Source: an uncultured bacterium (GTDB lineage Bacteria; Omnitrophota; Omnitrophia; Omnitrophales; Aquincolibacteriaceae). From it: a stretch of DNA of 64,000 bases. The position numbers and the translations under genes are program-made. The stretch spans positions 26,052-90,051 of the forward strand of contig CAYPIR010000006.1 in NCBI GenBank assembly GCA_964410905.1. Reading direction: 5' to 3'. This document shows positions 19,334 to 29,478 of this stretch, one piece after another. Under the pieces are notes generated by a model, which was given only the letters and a program-made list of their open reading frames with translations, made no database searches and was not told the origin of the DNA. Every line of letters begins with the position of its first letter. Position 1 is the first letter of the stretch.

Positions 19334-19399
19334 AAACCGACATTAACTCACAAACTCGTCCGATTCTCAGAACGCATTGTTTGTCATTAATGTCGGTTT
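19334..19399. repeat. 13-bp perfect inverted repeat (AAACCGACATTAA / TTAATGTCGGTTT) separated by 40 nt, between dnaK 3' end and the Bat/MoxR operon start
   Basis: Seen directly. Could be a dnaK terminator-like structure or a dyad operator of the downstream operon. Confidence 0.35.
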
Positions 19400-19423
19400 A
19401 TATCTTTTATGTAACAGCCAATT

Positions 19424-21349
19424 CTATTCTTTCTTTTTCTTTTTTTCGTCTTCGTCTACAACTTCGTAATCGGCATCAACAACGCCATCGTCTTTCTTAC
19501 TTTCGGGATTTGGCGTTTCAGCCGTTTTGTTTCCCGCTTTTTTTGCGGCCTCTTCATACATTTTTTGTGCGATTGTATGAGACGCTGCCGCGAGTTTTTG
19601 AGCGGCTTTGTCGAGCTCTTCTTTAGATTCGCTCTTCAAAGTTTCTTTTGCTTCTTTTAACGCTTCTTCGACTTTTTTCTTTTCGTCTTCTGAAATTTTG
19701 TCGCCTTGTTCTTTCAGCGTTTTTTCAGTGGCGTAAATTAAATTGTCGAGTTGATTTTTTGCTGTTACTGCTTCGTGTTTCTTTTTGTCTTCTTCGGCGT
19801 GAGCTTGCCCTTCTTTTACCAATTTTTCAACTTCATCTTTCGAAAGTCCGGACGAAGACTCTATTCTGATTTTTTGTTCTTTGCCAGTTCCAAGATCTTT
19901 CGCGGAAACGTGGACTATGCCGTTCGCGTCAATATCGAAAGTAACTTCGATTTGGGGGACGCCTCGCGGCGCGGCTGGAATTCCTTCAAGGTTGAATACG
20001 CCGAGAACGCGGTTGTAAGAAGCCATTTCGCGTTCCCCCTGCAAAACCTTGACTGTAACAGCCGTTTGATTGTCAGCCGCAGTTGAGAAAATTTCCGATT
20101 TCTTCGTTGGAATTGTCGTGTTGCGTTCAATGAGTTTGGTCATCACTCCGCCTAAAGTTTCAATTCCGAGAGAAAGAGGCGTAACATCAAGAAGAAGAAT
20201 GTCTTTAACATCTCCTTTCAAGACTCCGCCTTGAATCGCGGCACCTGTTGCCACAACCTCATCAGGATTGACACCTTGGTGAGGAGTTTTGCCAAACAAA
20301 TCTTTTACTTTTTGAACAACCGCGGGCATGCGCGTCATGCCGCCGACAAGAATAACTTCGTCAATGTCGGACGCCTTGAGCCCCGCGTCTTTCAACGCTT
20401 GATTACAAGGAGCTACGGATCGCTCGATAAGATCGGCAACAAGTTGCTCAATCTTAGAGCGTGAAAGCGTCAAAAGTAAGTGCTTTGGACCAGACGCGTC
20501 AGCCGTGATAAACGGAAGATTGATTTCCGTGCTTTGCGCTGTGGATAATTCGCATTTCGCTTTTTCTGCGGCTTCTTTCAAGCGTTGAATCGCAAGTTTA
20601 TCTTTACTTAGATCAATGCCTTCGGTTTTTTTGAATTCAGAGATGAGCCAATCGATAATCTTTTGGTCAAAGTCATCTCCGCCAAGATGCGTGTCGCCGT
20701 TTGTTGCTTTTACTTCAAACACGCCTTCGCCGATTTCTAGAATCGAAATATCAAATGTTCCGCCGCCAAGGTCGTAAACCGCGATGGTTTCATCTTTCTT
20801 TTTATCAAGTCCGTAAGCAAGTGCCGCGGCGGTAGGTTCATTGATAATGCGAAGAACTTCCAGTCCGGCAATTTGCCCCGCGTCTTTTGTTGCTTGTCGC
20901 TGTGAGTCGTTGAAGTACGCGGGAACAGTGATTACGGCTTGCGTGATTTTTTCGCCCAAGTATTGTTCCGCGTCGGCTTTTAACTTTTGAAGAACTTTTG
21001 CGGAAATTTCCGGCGGAGTATAATTGCGTTTGTCGTTTGGAACGTGGAACGCTGCTTCTCCGTGCTTGCCCGCGATTACTTTAAACGGAACCATTTGCAC
21101 TTCATGCCCGGACTCTTCAAAACGGCGGCCGATAAAACGCTTTGCGCTGAAAATAGTATTTTCAGGATTTGTTACGGCTTGGCGTTTTGCAGTTTGTCCA
21201 ACAAGCTGCTCTCTCGTTTTTGTAAATGCCACGATGGACGGTGTAGTTCTATTCCCTTCTTTGTTTTCGATTATTTTGGGATCGCTTCCTTCGATAATCG
21301 CCATACAAGAGTTGGTTGTTCCTAAATCAATGCCTAGAATTTTACCCAT
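19424..21349 (-). CDS. dnaK: Molecular chaperone DnaK (Hsp70)
   Basis: [23 protein letters not shown] and Hsp70 signatures throughout. Acidic and Lys-rich tail. Confidence 0.95.
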   Translation of the reverse strand: MGKILGIDLGTTNSCMAIIEGSDPKIIENKEGNRTTPSIVAFTKTREQLVGQTAKRQAVTNPENTIFSAKRFIGRRFEESGHEVQMVPFKVIAGKHGEAAFHVPNDKRNYTPPEISAKVLQKLKADAEQYLGEKITQAVITVPAYFNDSQRQATKDAGQIAGLEVLRIINEPTAAALAYGLDKKKDETIAVYDLGGGTFDISILEIGEGVFEVKATNGDTHLGGDDFDQKIIDWLISEFKKTEGIDLSKDKLAIQRLKEAAEKAKCELSTAQSTEINLPFITADASGPKHLLLTLSRSKIEQLVADLIERSVAPCNQALKDAGLKASDIDEVILVGGMTRMPAVVQKVKDLFGKTPHQGVNPDEVVATGAAIQGGVLKGDVKDILLLDVTPLSLGIETLGGVMTKLIERNTTIPTKKSEIFSTAADNQTAVTVKVLQGEREMASYNRVLGVFNLEGIPAAPRGVPQIEVTFDIDANGIVHVSAKDLGTGKEQKIRIESSSGLSKDEVEKLVKEGQAHAEEDKKKHEAVTAKNQLDNLIYATEKTLKEQGDKISEDEKKKVEEALKEAKETLKSESKEELDKAAQKLAAASHTIAQKMYEEAAKKAGNKTAETPNPESKKDDGVVDADYEVVDEDEKKKKKE

Positions 21350-21637
21350 TGTTTTGTTCTCCTTTTAGTGTTTTATTTTATTGAAGTTAAATGTGTGATG
21401 TAATAGCCATATCAATTATCGTGCCAAACATTTTAAAAATTTAGACAATGTAAGTCTTTTAATTTCAATATGTTATAAAAATAAAAAAATATTTATTTGT
21501 GCGATGAAAAGTTGATATGTGTCAAAATTATACATAAGGTGTGGCAAAATAACTCAATTGGTTATTGTGGTTTAAAGGACAAGGGGATGTTAAAAAGGAA
21601 ATTCTAGTTGCGATATTATTTTTAGGAACTAGTTTAT

Positions 21638-21727
21638 TGGTGCCCGAGGCCAGACTTGAACTGGCACAGGGATTAACTCCCCAACGGATTTTAAGTCCGG
21701 TGCGTCTGCCGATTCCGCCACTCGGGC
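21638..21727 (-). tRNA. tRNA-Leu(UAA), type II long variable arm, CCA encoded
   Basis: Reverse complement folds as acceptor GCCCGAG/CTCGGGC, D-arm GCGG..CGC, anticodon loop CTTAAAA (anticodon TAA), variable hairpin GGGGA/TCCC, T-arm GCCAG TTCAAGT CTGGC. Confidence 0.75.
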
Positions 21728-21814
21728 ACATTTGTAAGTTTTAACATCTATTTTAAAAAGCAGTAAAATTTTAATAAATTAGATTTTGAAAAAATCGATT
21801 ATAATACAGCGCCT

Positions 21815-22207
21815 ATGGAAAACGAAACCATTCAACTTCTTCAATTTTCGATTTGTAAAAAATTTGAAACCAAAGAAAACGACTGCTACACGGCGCATCT
21901 GGTTCGCAGCAATATGGTTGTCCCCTCATTTCCCTACTACTTCAATGATATTTATGCCGTTACATGTTGGCGTAAAGACAAAAAGTTTCACAAAGAAGTT
22001 CTTGAATACTCAACAGCTGACGGCGCTGTATTTAAAACTCAGCCGATGGATATTGAGCCTGTTACGTCAAGCGTTCTTTTTCGCTGGCACAAGCACGCTT
22101 TCCCCAGCAATTTTCCCATCAAGCAAGACGGGCTTTTAAGAATCAAAGTAATTCTCGATTGGAAAATTATGTTCGAGTCCTATCTGCTGATTGAGAAAAA
22201 AATTTAA
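21815..22207 (+). CDS. Hypothetical protein, convergent with the giant gene
   Basis: 130-aa ORF with non-biased composition. No recognisable motif. Confidence 0.25.
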   Translation: MENETIQLLQFSICKKFETKENDCYTAHLVRSNMVVPSFPYYFNDIYAVTCWRKDKKFHKEVLEYSTADGAVFKTQPMDIEPVTSSVLFRWHKHAFPSNFPIKQDGLLRIKVILDWKIMFESYLLIEKKI

Positions 22208-22224
22208 AGTTTAACGGATTTTTG

Positions 22225-25200
22225 TTACTGAACCGTCCTTGTAACTTTTGATATTTTCATCTCTCCGCGAGATTTTGATAAATCATCAGGCCAAATAACT
22301 TTATTATTTTTAAGCGTTGCTCCAACCACTCCTTCCATAGCTTGACGAAGCATCCAACCCGCCGCGCCCGTATATCCATGCCAAATCATACGGCCCGGCT
22401 CATACGTGGTTAAAAGGTCTGCGGATTGTTTGTTAGGTTGTCCGCCATAAATCTCAATTTCGTTCATGTGAGAAATAGGCGAAATCTTCAACCAAAGGCG
22501 ATATGCGGTCGCGCGATACTGTTCCGCGCTTGCCGAGTCGCCCCGCTTTTCAAACTCTTCAGCCAAAAGCCGCGCGGCGCGGACAAGCCACTGAACTCCG
22601 TGGCAATACATACCGTTTTCCCGAACGCCTTCAGGATATTTACTGCTGCGCCCAAGATACGGTTTTGTGTCTTCGCGAAGCGCCGGCCAGCCGAGTAAAA
22701 TCGCGTTGTCTTTTTCCAACACTTGAAGTGCTGTGTTGAAAATTGTGACACCGCGTTCAAAATTAATACCTGACATAACAGACCAAGCGGCAGTCAAAGC
22801 GTCAATTTCCCACACGCCGCTGCCTTTAAGCCCGATTTCCGTTCCGTCATCGTGAAATGCGCGCAAATAACGGTCATCACGCCAAGTTTTTTCAAGGGCA
22901 ACTTTGAGCGCTTCTATTTTGTCTTGATAAAACTTCTTTTTCGCGTCACCCTCTTTTTTGCCGATTATGCCGACCATTTCTTTGAGAATATAATAAAGGA
23001 AAAAGCCAAGCCATACACTTTCGCCAATTCCTTCGCCACCAATCTCATCAAGCCCGTCGTTCCAATCGCCTACTCCCATAAGAGGTAAGCCGTTTCTGCC
23101 TGAGCGCTGCTTGATAACCAAATCAATTGAACGCATGCAGTGCTTATATAAGGTGTCGGAGCGAGTTGTTCTGTGATACATATGTCCCCAACCTTGTTTG
23201 TTTTTAGGAAGCTGAGCGAAGGGAAACTCAGAGACCATATAAGATTCCATTTCGTCAAGAATGGATTCATCGCCTGTGGCGCGGACATATTCTACAGCGC
23301 CCCAAGCAAGCCACAGCGGATTGTCGGACGCGTGGGAACGGCATGAAAAAGATGTCCGCCCGTCCGGCAATGTAAAGAACCAATGGTTCACATCGCCTTC
23401 AACAAACTGCTGCGCGGCGTGCAAGAGAATTTGTTTGCGCGCGAGCGCGGGATTTATCCAAATTAAATTGACAGTATCCTGCAATTGATCGCGGAAACCA
23501 AACGCGCCGCTAGTTTGATAAAAACCGCGTCGTGCCCAAATGCGTTCGGCAAGCGCTTGATACTTTAGCCAATTTTGATAGTGGTCAAACTCAGGCTGAT
23601 TGGTTTCAACTTTGAGAGTTCCCATCAAATTTAGCCACCACGACCGCGTCGCGTCAAGTTCTTTACGGACAAGATCAAGGTTCTTATATTTTTGGACAAG
23701 TTCAACAGCGTGCTTATGATTTTCAGTTTGTCCCAAAACAATAGCGACCGTAACTTCGCCTTGCGCCGGAATCTCAACAGTTCCGACAAAACCAGCGATT
23801 TGCGCAGAATCCGTGATTTGCGTTGTGTCAGGAGTATCGTTTTCAACTATATAGGGACGCTTTATGCCGCGGCCTGTTCCAAAAAAACGACCGCGTTTCG
23901 TTTCTACACAGTCGGCGGGAACAGACATAGAGGCAAATGCCCAACCCGGCCGGAAAAAGTTACGCGGATTCTCAAAATAAAGAGCGTCTGAAGCCTTGTC
24001 GTGTTTTACTTGAAGCGGTCCTGAGCGTTCTGGTTGAAATGAAAGCGCTATCTGAAAATACGGCGCGACTCGTAATTTGCGCGGAGTGTTTTCATCATTT
24101 TTAAGCGTCAAAAGATAAACGCCAAGAGGATCTTCTGTCGGGACATAAACCGTTAGACGCGAAGAGAGAGACCCGTCTTTCATCGTAAAAACCGCCGTGC
24201 CGTCAACGCTGAATTCCGCCTCGTGATGAGCGTTGTTGTCATTTAACGGTTGATATGTCGGCGAATACCATTCATCTCGGTCTGAGTCATAAAGATAAAT
24301 CGCTTCTGATGGGACCTCTTTTGTCGCCGTGTCAGGCCAATCAGGCGTTAAACGGTTTTGTTGTGAGTTCCCGTTACACGATGTGTGAAGCCCGCGATTT
24401 GTAACCATTACGGAATGCATTGGGTTCGACATCGCGTGGTCAAATGGACGCGGTGTATATGGAGTCAAAACTTTGAGAGTGTTTCCATCCTCAGAGTATT
24501 GATAGTAAGGCTGAGGTGTTCCAGATGGGATTTCGCCATGCCCGATTAAAAGTTTGCGGGCGGGCTTTTCAGATATAACCGAACGAGGCGCGGGATTAGG
24601 TTTGAGATATTTTTCGATTGTGTCCAGAGCGCCTTGTTTGTTTTTGGAGTAACCAATAATCATTTTAAATGACGCTGAGCTGTGCGGAGATACAGTCTCA
24701 GATACAAGAAGGCTGCCGATCGGATCAAATGTCGGATAACCTTTCATATCTTGCGCGGGTAAAAAGTCAAAAATTTCAAGCGCGCGCGGCTGCCAAACAC
24801 TTCGTCCGCGGCCGATAAAATCCACGCGTCCCGTATGCAAACCTTCGGGAGCGACATCGGTCGCCATAAAGCCGGTGGATTTTGTGCTTTTCTGCCAAGT
24901 AACAATGGCGTTGGATTTTGCGACATATTCCATTTCGGGATAAAGCCGCGCGTATTGAGTGTGAAATCTGTCGTGCATTCCTCCGTTTAAAACCCATTCA
25001 AGATATGGGACAACTTTTAAGTGGCGGGTTTTTTCGGATTGGTTTTCAATAGAAATATTCCAAATTTCCGCAGTAGCGGTTGAAGTTGGAATCGTAATAG
25101 TTACGACGGCTTTTACGCCATGACTTACATTCGTGATGACAATGCTTTCATCTTTGCGCTCGACATTGGATGGAACAAATTCTTCTGACGGAAAATTTCC

Positions 25201-28200
25201 CGTAATTGGCCACGCGAGAGGTCTGCCTTCAGTTCCGCCGGTCTCATCAACTATGAATAGAATGCGTCCCGATGGGTCTATTTGGTCGTAGGAACGGCGT
25301 GAAATATCGCATTCCTTTCCAATGAGTTCAGAATAAATTTCGCCATTTTGTTTGGCTACAACTTTATATTCACAATTGGCGATTTCATTTGCTTGGATTT
25401 GCCGCGCGGCAGATTTGGATCTTAGGATGCGCGTAATAAAAGAAATTATCGTGCAAACAAGAACGCCCGCGATAATCCATAGCAAAAGTTGCGCGAATGG
25501 CAGGGCCTGTAAAGCCGGTATAAGCCCCTTTCCGCGAAGAGAGTTTTGAATGTTTTCCGCTTTGCTCCACACTTCGTCCCATTGTTCTCCGCGAGGGATA
25601 TAAAACGGGATTAGCAGCGGCGCCCAAGTTGTAAAACGTTTTACGCCTTCCGGAATATAACGCTGAGCGGAGGCTTTCCCGATAAATTTAGAAACCTTTT
25701 CATCGAGTTTTTCCATTCCTAAGAAACTCAAATTCACCAGCGTCGCGACGCGAAGTCCCATGTGATCCATCCAAATCAAAATACGGAAGAAATCAAATGC
25801 CAAAATCCACACAAACATCTTAAGACTCCACGCCACAAAATCAGGGGCGGACATAGTTATATTGTTATAAATCGCGAACAATGTGCGGATGGCACCGTCT
25901 TGGTTATACCAAGTTGGATTAGGCATCATACGAAGGAATGTGTAGATGATAGGCGACATCCAAAGGCCCCATCGCAACACATGAATCATAAGTTCGCTGA
26001 GCTGCGCAAGACCGGCCTTGGAAAAGAAGAATTTAATGGGGGCTTTATCTTTGTCGAAGAATGCTTGTAAGAAAACTTTGTTTACCGCGAAAAGCCAAGT
26101 CGCGACCGACCATTTAATGACCCCGTCCAGCGATTCTGTGAAAAGAAGTTTTACGCCGCCCGTGCATTTTCCTAAGTCAATCATTCCCCATTTGCTTAAA
26201 AGAACAGGTTGAACATAATGTCCCAAATCGTTTAAGTAAGGATATACGGTGGTGGACATTTCCCCAAGATGATTAAACGCGGGATACGCGTTGCACTGAG
26301 CGGTTGTGAAATAAGTTGTTACATAAAGGTTTAGCTTGTAAATAATTACCGAAACTTGCGGAACATCAAGATAAAACGCGACTGCGCCGCCAAGAAAAAC
26401 GCCTAGAATTGAGTCGATAAAATAAAGCCGCCAAGTTTGAACTTTCCCTTGATGACGAATCGAATAATAAATATCGCGTAAAAGACTTATTCCGCCGGAA
26501 GCAATAAAACCGATTATGGCTCCAAGCCAAACGCGTTCTGACATGGATTTTTCGATATAACCTTGCGAAATTAAATACGCGAGTCCGGCACCCGCGATTG
26601 CCCCGCGGAAGTAAAGCGTTTTGCTCCTGTAGCTATAGGCGGCACGTTCAAAGAAAGGCAAACTTCCATCAAATGTTTCAATAATAGTTTTTACGAACGG
26701 GAAAAGAAGCATTCCGCCCAATGTTCCAATTACATAGGGGAAAGACGCCATCACGTTTTGTGAAACCGGCGCTTTAAAAAGCATTGAAATAAGATAAAGG
26801 ATGGCAATCAATATACCGCTGTAAGCCATACCTTTTTTAATGCCGCCGGAAACATTTTTGACAATGCTGTCCGCGGTCGGCGCAATGCGTTTCCCGCCGT
26901 CAAGAAGAATACCTGTTATTAAATAAACCTCGCCCCAAAGTCCTCCGAACGACAGGATTGTAGTCGCAAGCGCGACAAGAGCGCGAACAATTTCAGGCAA
27001 TTTTGCTACCATTGCCGAGGACCCAAAATCCGCGATTGAAGGAGCAATTACTACGGCAAGCGAAACAAGAAAAATATAGAGATGCGCTTTGAGGGTTGGC
27101 ACAACGCGTTCTTTCGTGGCGTAAGAAATTCCGTTCGCGAGAAGTTCATTGAATAAAAACACAACGGCTAGTCTGCCTAAAAATTCCAACGCGTTTGGAA
27201 AAGTCGCAAGAACACCAAAAGAAAAATTGTAAGTAAGCGTTTGGAGAAGTGTAACATTTTCAAGAAGCAGCAAAATGCCTACTAGATAAGGCGTCCCGAC
27301 AATAAGAGCCGCGGCGATTGGTTTTGTGCTTCTCCCAAAAGAAGAAAAGTTATGGACATTAAAAATCTGGTAAATAAAAAACGCGACTATTGCCGTGAGT
27401 TTATTAATCATCAAAAGATGTATCCACGAAGTCGGAATTTGTAAAAGTTCAAGGCTGCTGGCGGATGCCGCCAGTAGACCGGCGACAAAAACATTTTGGA
27501 AAGTTTCTGCGGCGGTGATCGCTTTGCCCGCCAAAACACATTTCATCCAAGCCGCGATGATGCCGCCCAAAAGTCCTATTAATAAAATCTTTGTAATTAG
27601 ACAAGTTCCCGAAATGGATGTTCTCCCAAGCGAATAAATCCAAAGCCCTGTGCCGATAACCAGGACGGTCATTAACCCGTATAAGAAATCTTTTTTGAGG
27701 CGTGAAAAAATCGACTCGCCTTTTGGTGAAATAATGTTCAGATTTTTATCTGATTCTTTTACAAAGACGCGTTTAATGAAATTTGACATGAACGGCAAAA
27801 TGACCGCGAGTATCAGGGAGAGCAAAATAACCGCGCCGAACTTAATTCCAACAAAAAAGCGTTGAGTGAAACTTTCATTAAAAAAATCCATTCCTAAATA
27901 TAAAGTGCCCTTTGAAATCTCTTTTGATTTTGGCGTAATTACAAAGTTGACTTCTTTTAGATCACCCAATTTCTGCCAATCAATAGTCTTGCGGATGGTA
28001 TTCCAGCCCGGTTTTATTCCAAGAGCGAAATCTTGCGTTGCCGATGCTCCTACGAGTTCGACCTTTGTTGATACTTCCCTGAGCTGTCTTGCTTCAAGAG
28101 CGCGAAAACCAATTTCGATAGTGTTTACATGAGTAGACTTTAAATCCTCAGGAAAATTTTTTGTCGAAATTGTTATTGGATTTCCTTCAACAAACGTATA

Positions 28201-29154
28201 CGCGAAATCGTAAACGTCTTTTCTCGCTTCATCATCAAAGGAAAAATTAATGGAACCTTTTGACGCGCCAACTCCCGAAACGCTTTTTGCGCTAGCGTCA
28301 AGAAGTCCGAAGAATGTTCGAGCAGAGGGCTGCATTTTGGGTTTTGCCGCGACTGGAACAATTTCTTTGGCTTTTTCTTTTACAATGGAAGGTGCTGTCT
28401 CGGCAGTTTTTTTGCGCTCCGCAAAAGGTTTTTTCGTGGCGAATTTTGTGGTTTTTTTCGTGTCCTTCGCAATTGTTGCGGTTTTCTCAGAAATAGTTTC
28501 GACCGTTTTTGCCGCTTCGGATTTCACCTCGGAAAGCTTTTTTGTCGTTTTGGCGATAATTGAATCATTCAATTCAAAACTAATTGCCAAAGTTCCTTTT
28601 ACAGTCAAATTCTTTAAGGATTTGACTTTAAATGAAACATTATTCAAAATACCGATTTTTGCCCAGTCGATTTTTTCTTGAAATACTGTCCAGCTGGATT
28701 TGAGCTTTAGAGGTATGACTTGAGTTCCGCTATCACCATTCAACTCCGCATTTACTGAAATCTCTTGAAGCTGAGAATCTTGGAAAACCTTCGCTTCGAT
28801 TTTTATGGCGCTGACAGAAGTTGAAACCAGTTTTTGCGAGAATTTTTGAATTTTTACGGCAACGGATGTTTTGGGCATCGCGACATAATCAAACTCCAAA
28901 ATGTCTTTTTTCGTCTCCTCATCAAAAGTTAAACTCTGATTTCCTTTCGATGCTCCAGTCGCAACGACTTCACGAGATGCACCGTCAATAATTGTTATCG
29001 GCGCTTGCGCGAAAGATGTGGCTGCGACTATGGTCAATAAAAATAAAAAACCAAAAACTTTTAAAAGTTTTTGGCTCGGCAAGTTAGAGGAAAGGGATGA
29101 AAGAGATTTGCAAATCTGTCGCATGGATTTTATCCTGTTGTTAAGGGTTGACAC
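22225..29154 (-). CDS. Giant 2309-aa multidomain envelope protein: signal peptide, two tandem beta-sandwich-like repeats, polytopic membrane domain of about 800 aa, cytoplasmic GH94-like glycoside phosphorylase region (cyclic beta-1,2-glucan synthase / cellobiose phosphorylase type)
   Basis: Uninterrupted 6.9 kb ORF. Hydrophobic run aa 31-50. Repeats aa about 51-196 and 281-426. Roughly 20 or more hydrophobic segments across aa about 433-1245. C-terminal GAFGFRDQLQD and GVGDWNDGLD motifs typical of the GH94 catalytic (alpha/alpha)6 domain. Confidence 0.6.
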   Translation of the reverse strand: MSTLNNRIKSMRQICKSLSSLSSNLPSQKLLKVFGFLFLLTIVAATSFAQAPITIIDGASREVVATGASKGNQSLTFDEETKKDILEFDYVAMPKTSVAVKIQKFSQKLVSTSVSAIKIEAKVFQDSQLQEISVNAELNGDSGTQVIPLKLKSSWTVFQEKIDWAKIGILNNVSFKVKSLKNLTVKGTLAISFELNDSIIAKTTKKLSEVKSEAAKTVETISEKTATIAKDTKKTTKFATKKPFAERKKTAETAPSIVKEKAKEIVPVAAKPKMQPSARTFFGLLDASAKSVSGVGASKGSINFSFDDEARKDVYDFAYTFVEGNPITISTKNFPEDLKSTHVNTIEIGFRALEARQLREVSTKVELVGASATQDFALGIKPGWNTIRKTIDWQKLGDLKEVNFVITPKSKEISKGTLYLGMDFFNESFTQRFFVGIKFGAVILLSLILAVILPFMSNFIKRVFVKESDKNLNIISPKGESIFSRLKKDFLYGLMTVLVIGTGLWIYSLGRTSISGTCLITKILLIGLLGGIIAAWMKCVLAGKAITAAETFQNVFVAGLLAASASSLELLQIPTSWIHLLMINKLTAIVAFFIYQIFNVHNFSSFGRSTKPIAAALIVGTPYLVGILLLLENVTLLQTLTYNFSFGVLATFPNALEFLGRLAVVFLFNELLANGISYATKERVVPTLKAHLYIFLVSLAVVIAPSIADFGSSAMVAKLPEIVRALVALATTILSFGGLWGEVYLITGILLDGGKRIAPTADSIVKNVSGGIKKGMAYSGILIAILYLISMLFKAPVSQNVMASFPYVIGTLGGMLLFPFVKTIIETFDGSLPFFERAAYSYRSKTLYFRGAIAGAGLAYLISQGYIEKSMSERVWLGAIIGFIASGGISLLRDIYYSIRHQGKVQTWRLYFIDSILGVFLGGAVAFYLDVPQVSVIIYKLNLYVTTYFTTAQCNAYPAFNHLGEMSTTVYPYLNDLGHYVQPVLLSKWGMIDLGKCTGGVKLLFTESLDGVIKWSVATWLFAVNKVFLQAFFDKDKAPIKFFFSKAGLAQLSELMIHVLRWGLWMSPIIYTFLRMMPNPTWYNQDGAIRTLFAIYNNITMSAPDFVAWSLKMFVWILAFDFFRILIWMDHMGLRVATLVNLSFLGMEKLDEKVSKFIGKASAQRYIPEGVKRFTTWAPLLIPFYIPRGEQWDEVWSKAENIQNSLRGKGLIPALQALPFAQLLLWIIAGVLVCTIISFITRILRSKSAARQIQANEIANCEYKVVAKQNGEIYSELIGKECDISRRSYDQIDPSGRILFIVDETGGTEGRPLAWPITGNFPSEEFVPSNVERKDESIVITNVSHGVKAVVTITIPTSTATAEIWNISIENQSEKTRHLKVVPYLEWVLNGGMHDRFHTQYARLYPEMEYVAKSNAIVTWQKSTKSTGFMATDVAPEGLHTGRVDFIGRGRSVWQPRALEIFDFLPAQDMKGYPTFDPIGSLLVSETVSPHSSASFKMIIGYSKNKQGALDTIEKYLKPNPAPRSVISEKPARKLLIGHGEIPSGTPQPYYQYSEDGNTLKVLTPYTPRPFDHAMSNPMHSVMVTNRGLHTSCNGNSQQNRLTPDWPDTATKEVPSEAIYLYDSDRDEWYSPTYQPLNDNNAHHEAEFSVDGTAVFTMKDGSLSSRLTVYVPTEDPLGVYLLTLKNDENTPRKLRVAPYFQIALSFQPERSGPLQVKHDKASDALYFENPRNFFRPGWAFASMSVPADCVETKRGRFFGTGRGIKRPYIVENDTPDTTQITDSAQIAGFVGTVEIPAQGEVTVAIVLGQTENHKHAVELVQKYKNLDLVRKELDATRSWWLNLMGTLKVETNQPEFDHYQNWLKYQALAERIWARRGFYQTSGAFGFRDQLQDTVNLIWINPALARKQILLHAAQQFVEGDVNHWFFTLPDGRTSFSCRSHASDNPLWLAWGAVEYVRATGDESILDEMESYMVSEFPFAQLPKNKQGWGHMYHRTTRSDTLYKHCMRSIDLVIKQRSGRNGLPLMGVGDWNDGLDEIGGEGIGESVWLGFFLYYILKEMVGIIGKKEGDAKKKFYQDKIEALKVALEKTWRDDRYLRAFHDDGTEIGLKGSGVWEIDALTAAWSVMSGINFERGVTIFNTALQVLEKDNAILLGWPALREDTKPYLGRSSKYPEGVRENGMYCHGVQWLVRAARLLAEEFEKRGDSASAEQYRATAYRLWLKISPISHMNEIEIYGGQPNKQSADLLTTYEPGRMIWHGYTGAAGWMLRQAMEGVVGATLKNNKVIWPDDLSKSRGEMKISKVTRTVQ

Positions 29155-29478
29155 AAAAATTCACCGTCAAGTTATAGAAAATAAAATTATTGAATTCGAC
29201 CTAAAATTCTCACGTGCAGAAGATGTGTATTATACGCAAAATCACATCTTTAAAAAGGCTTTAGTTTGAGATTTTTTGAAGCAGGCAATTTGCAAGGATT
29301 GGAAGTACCGCACCTTACGGTGAATCTGCAACTTCACTGCGTTTTGCGCAGAATGACGAGACGGCGTAAACCCGCGGGATTACTTGTCCTAACGCATTGA
29401 GCGTTGAGACAGGATGACTTTAGAGCTGAATCTGTCCATGAATTAGTCGACGCTCACAAGAATGACACGCGCTATCCC

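Noticed and set aside
21350-21640. CIRCE/HrcA operator upstream of dnaK
   Set aside because: No TTAGCACTC-N9-GAGTGCTAA-like inverted repeat was seen in the region.
21528-21731. 67-aa ORF on the minus strand
   Set aside because: It coincides with the tRNA-Leu(UAA) gene and its flanks. This is a translation artefact.
22426-28681. Numerous 60-140-aa ORFs in other frames within the giant gene
   Set aside because: All are embedded in a continuous 6.9-kb ORF that carries domain motifs. No independent support.
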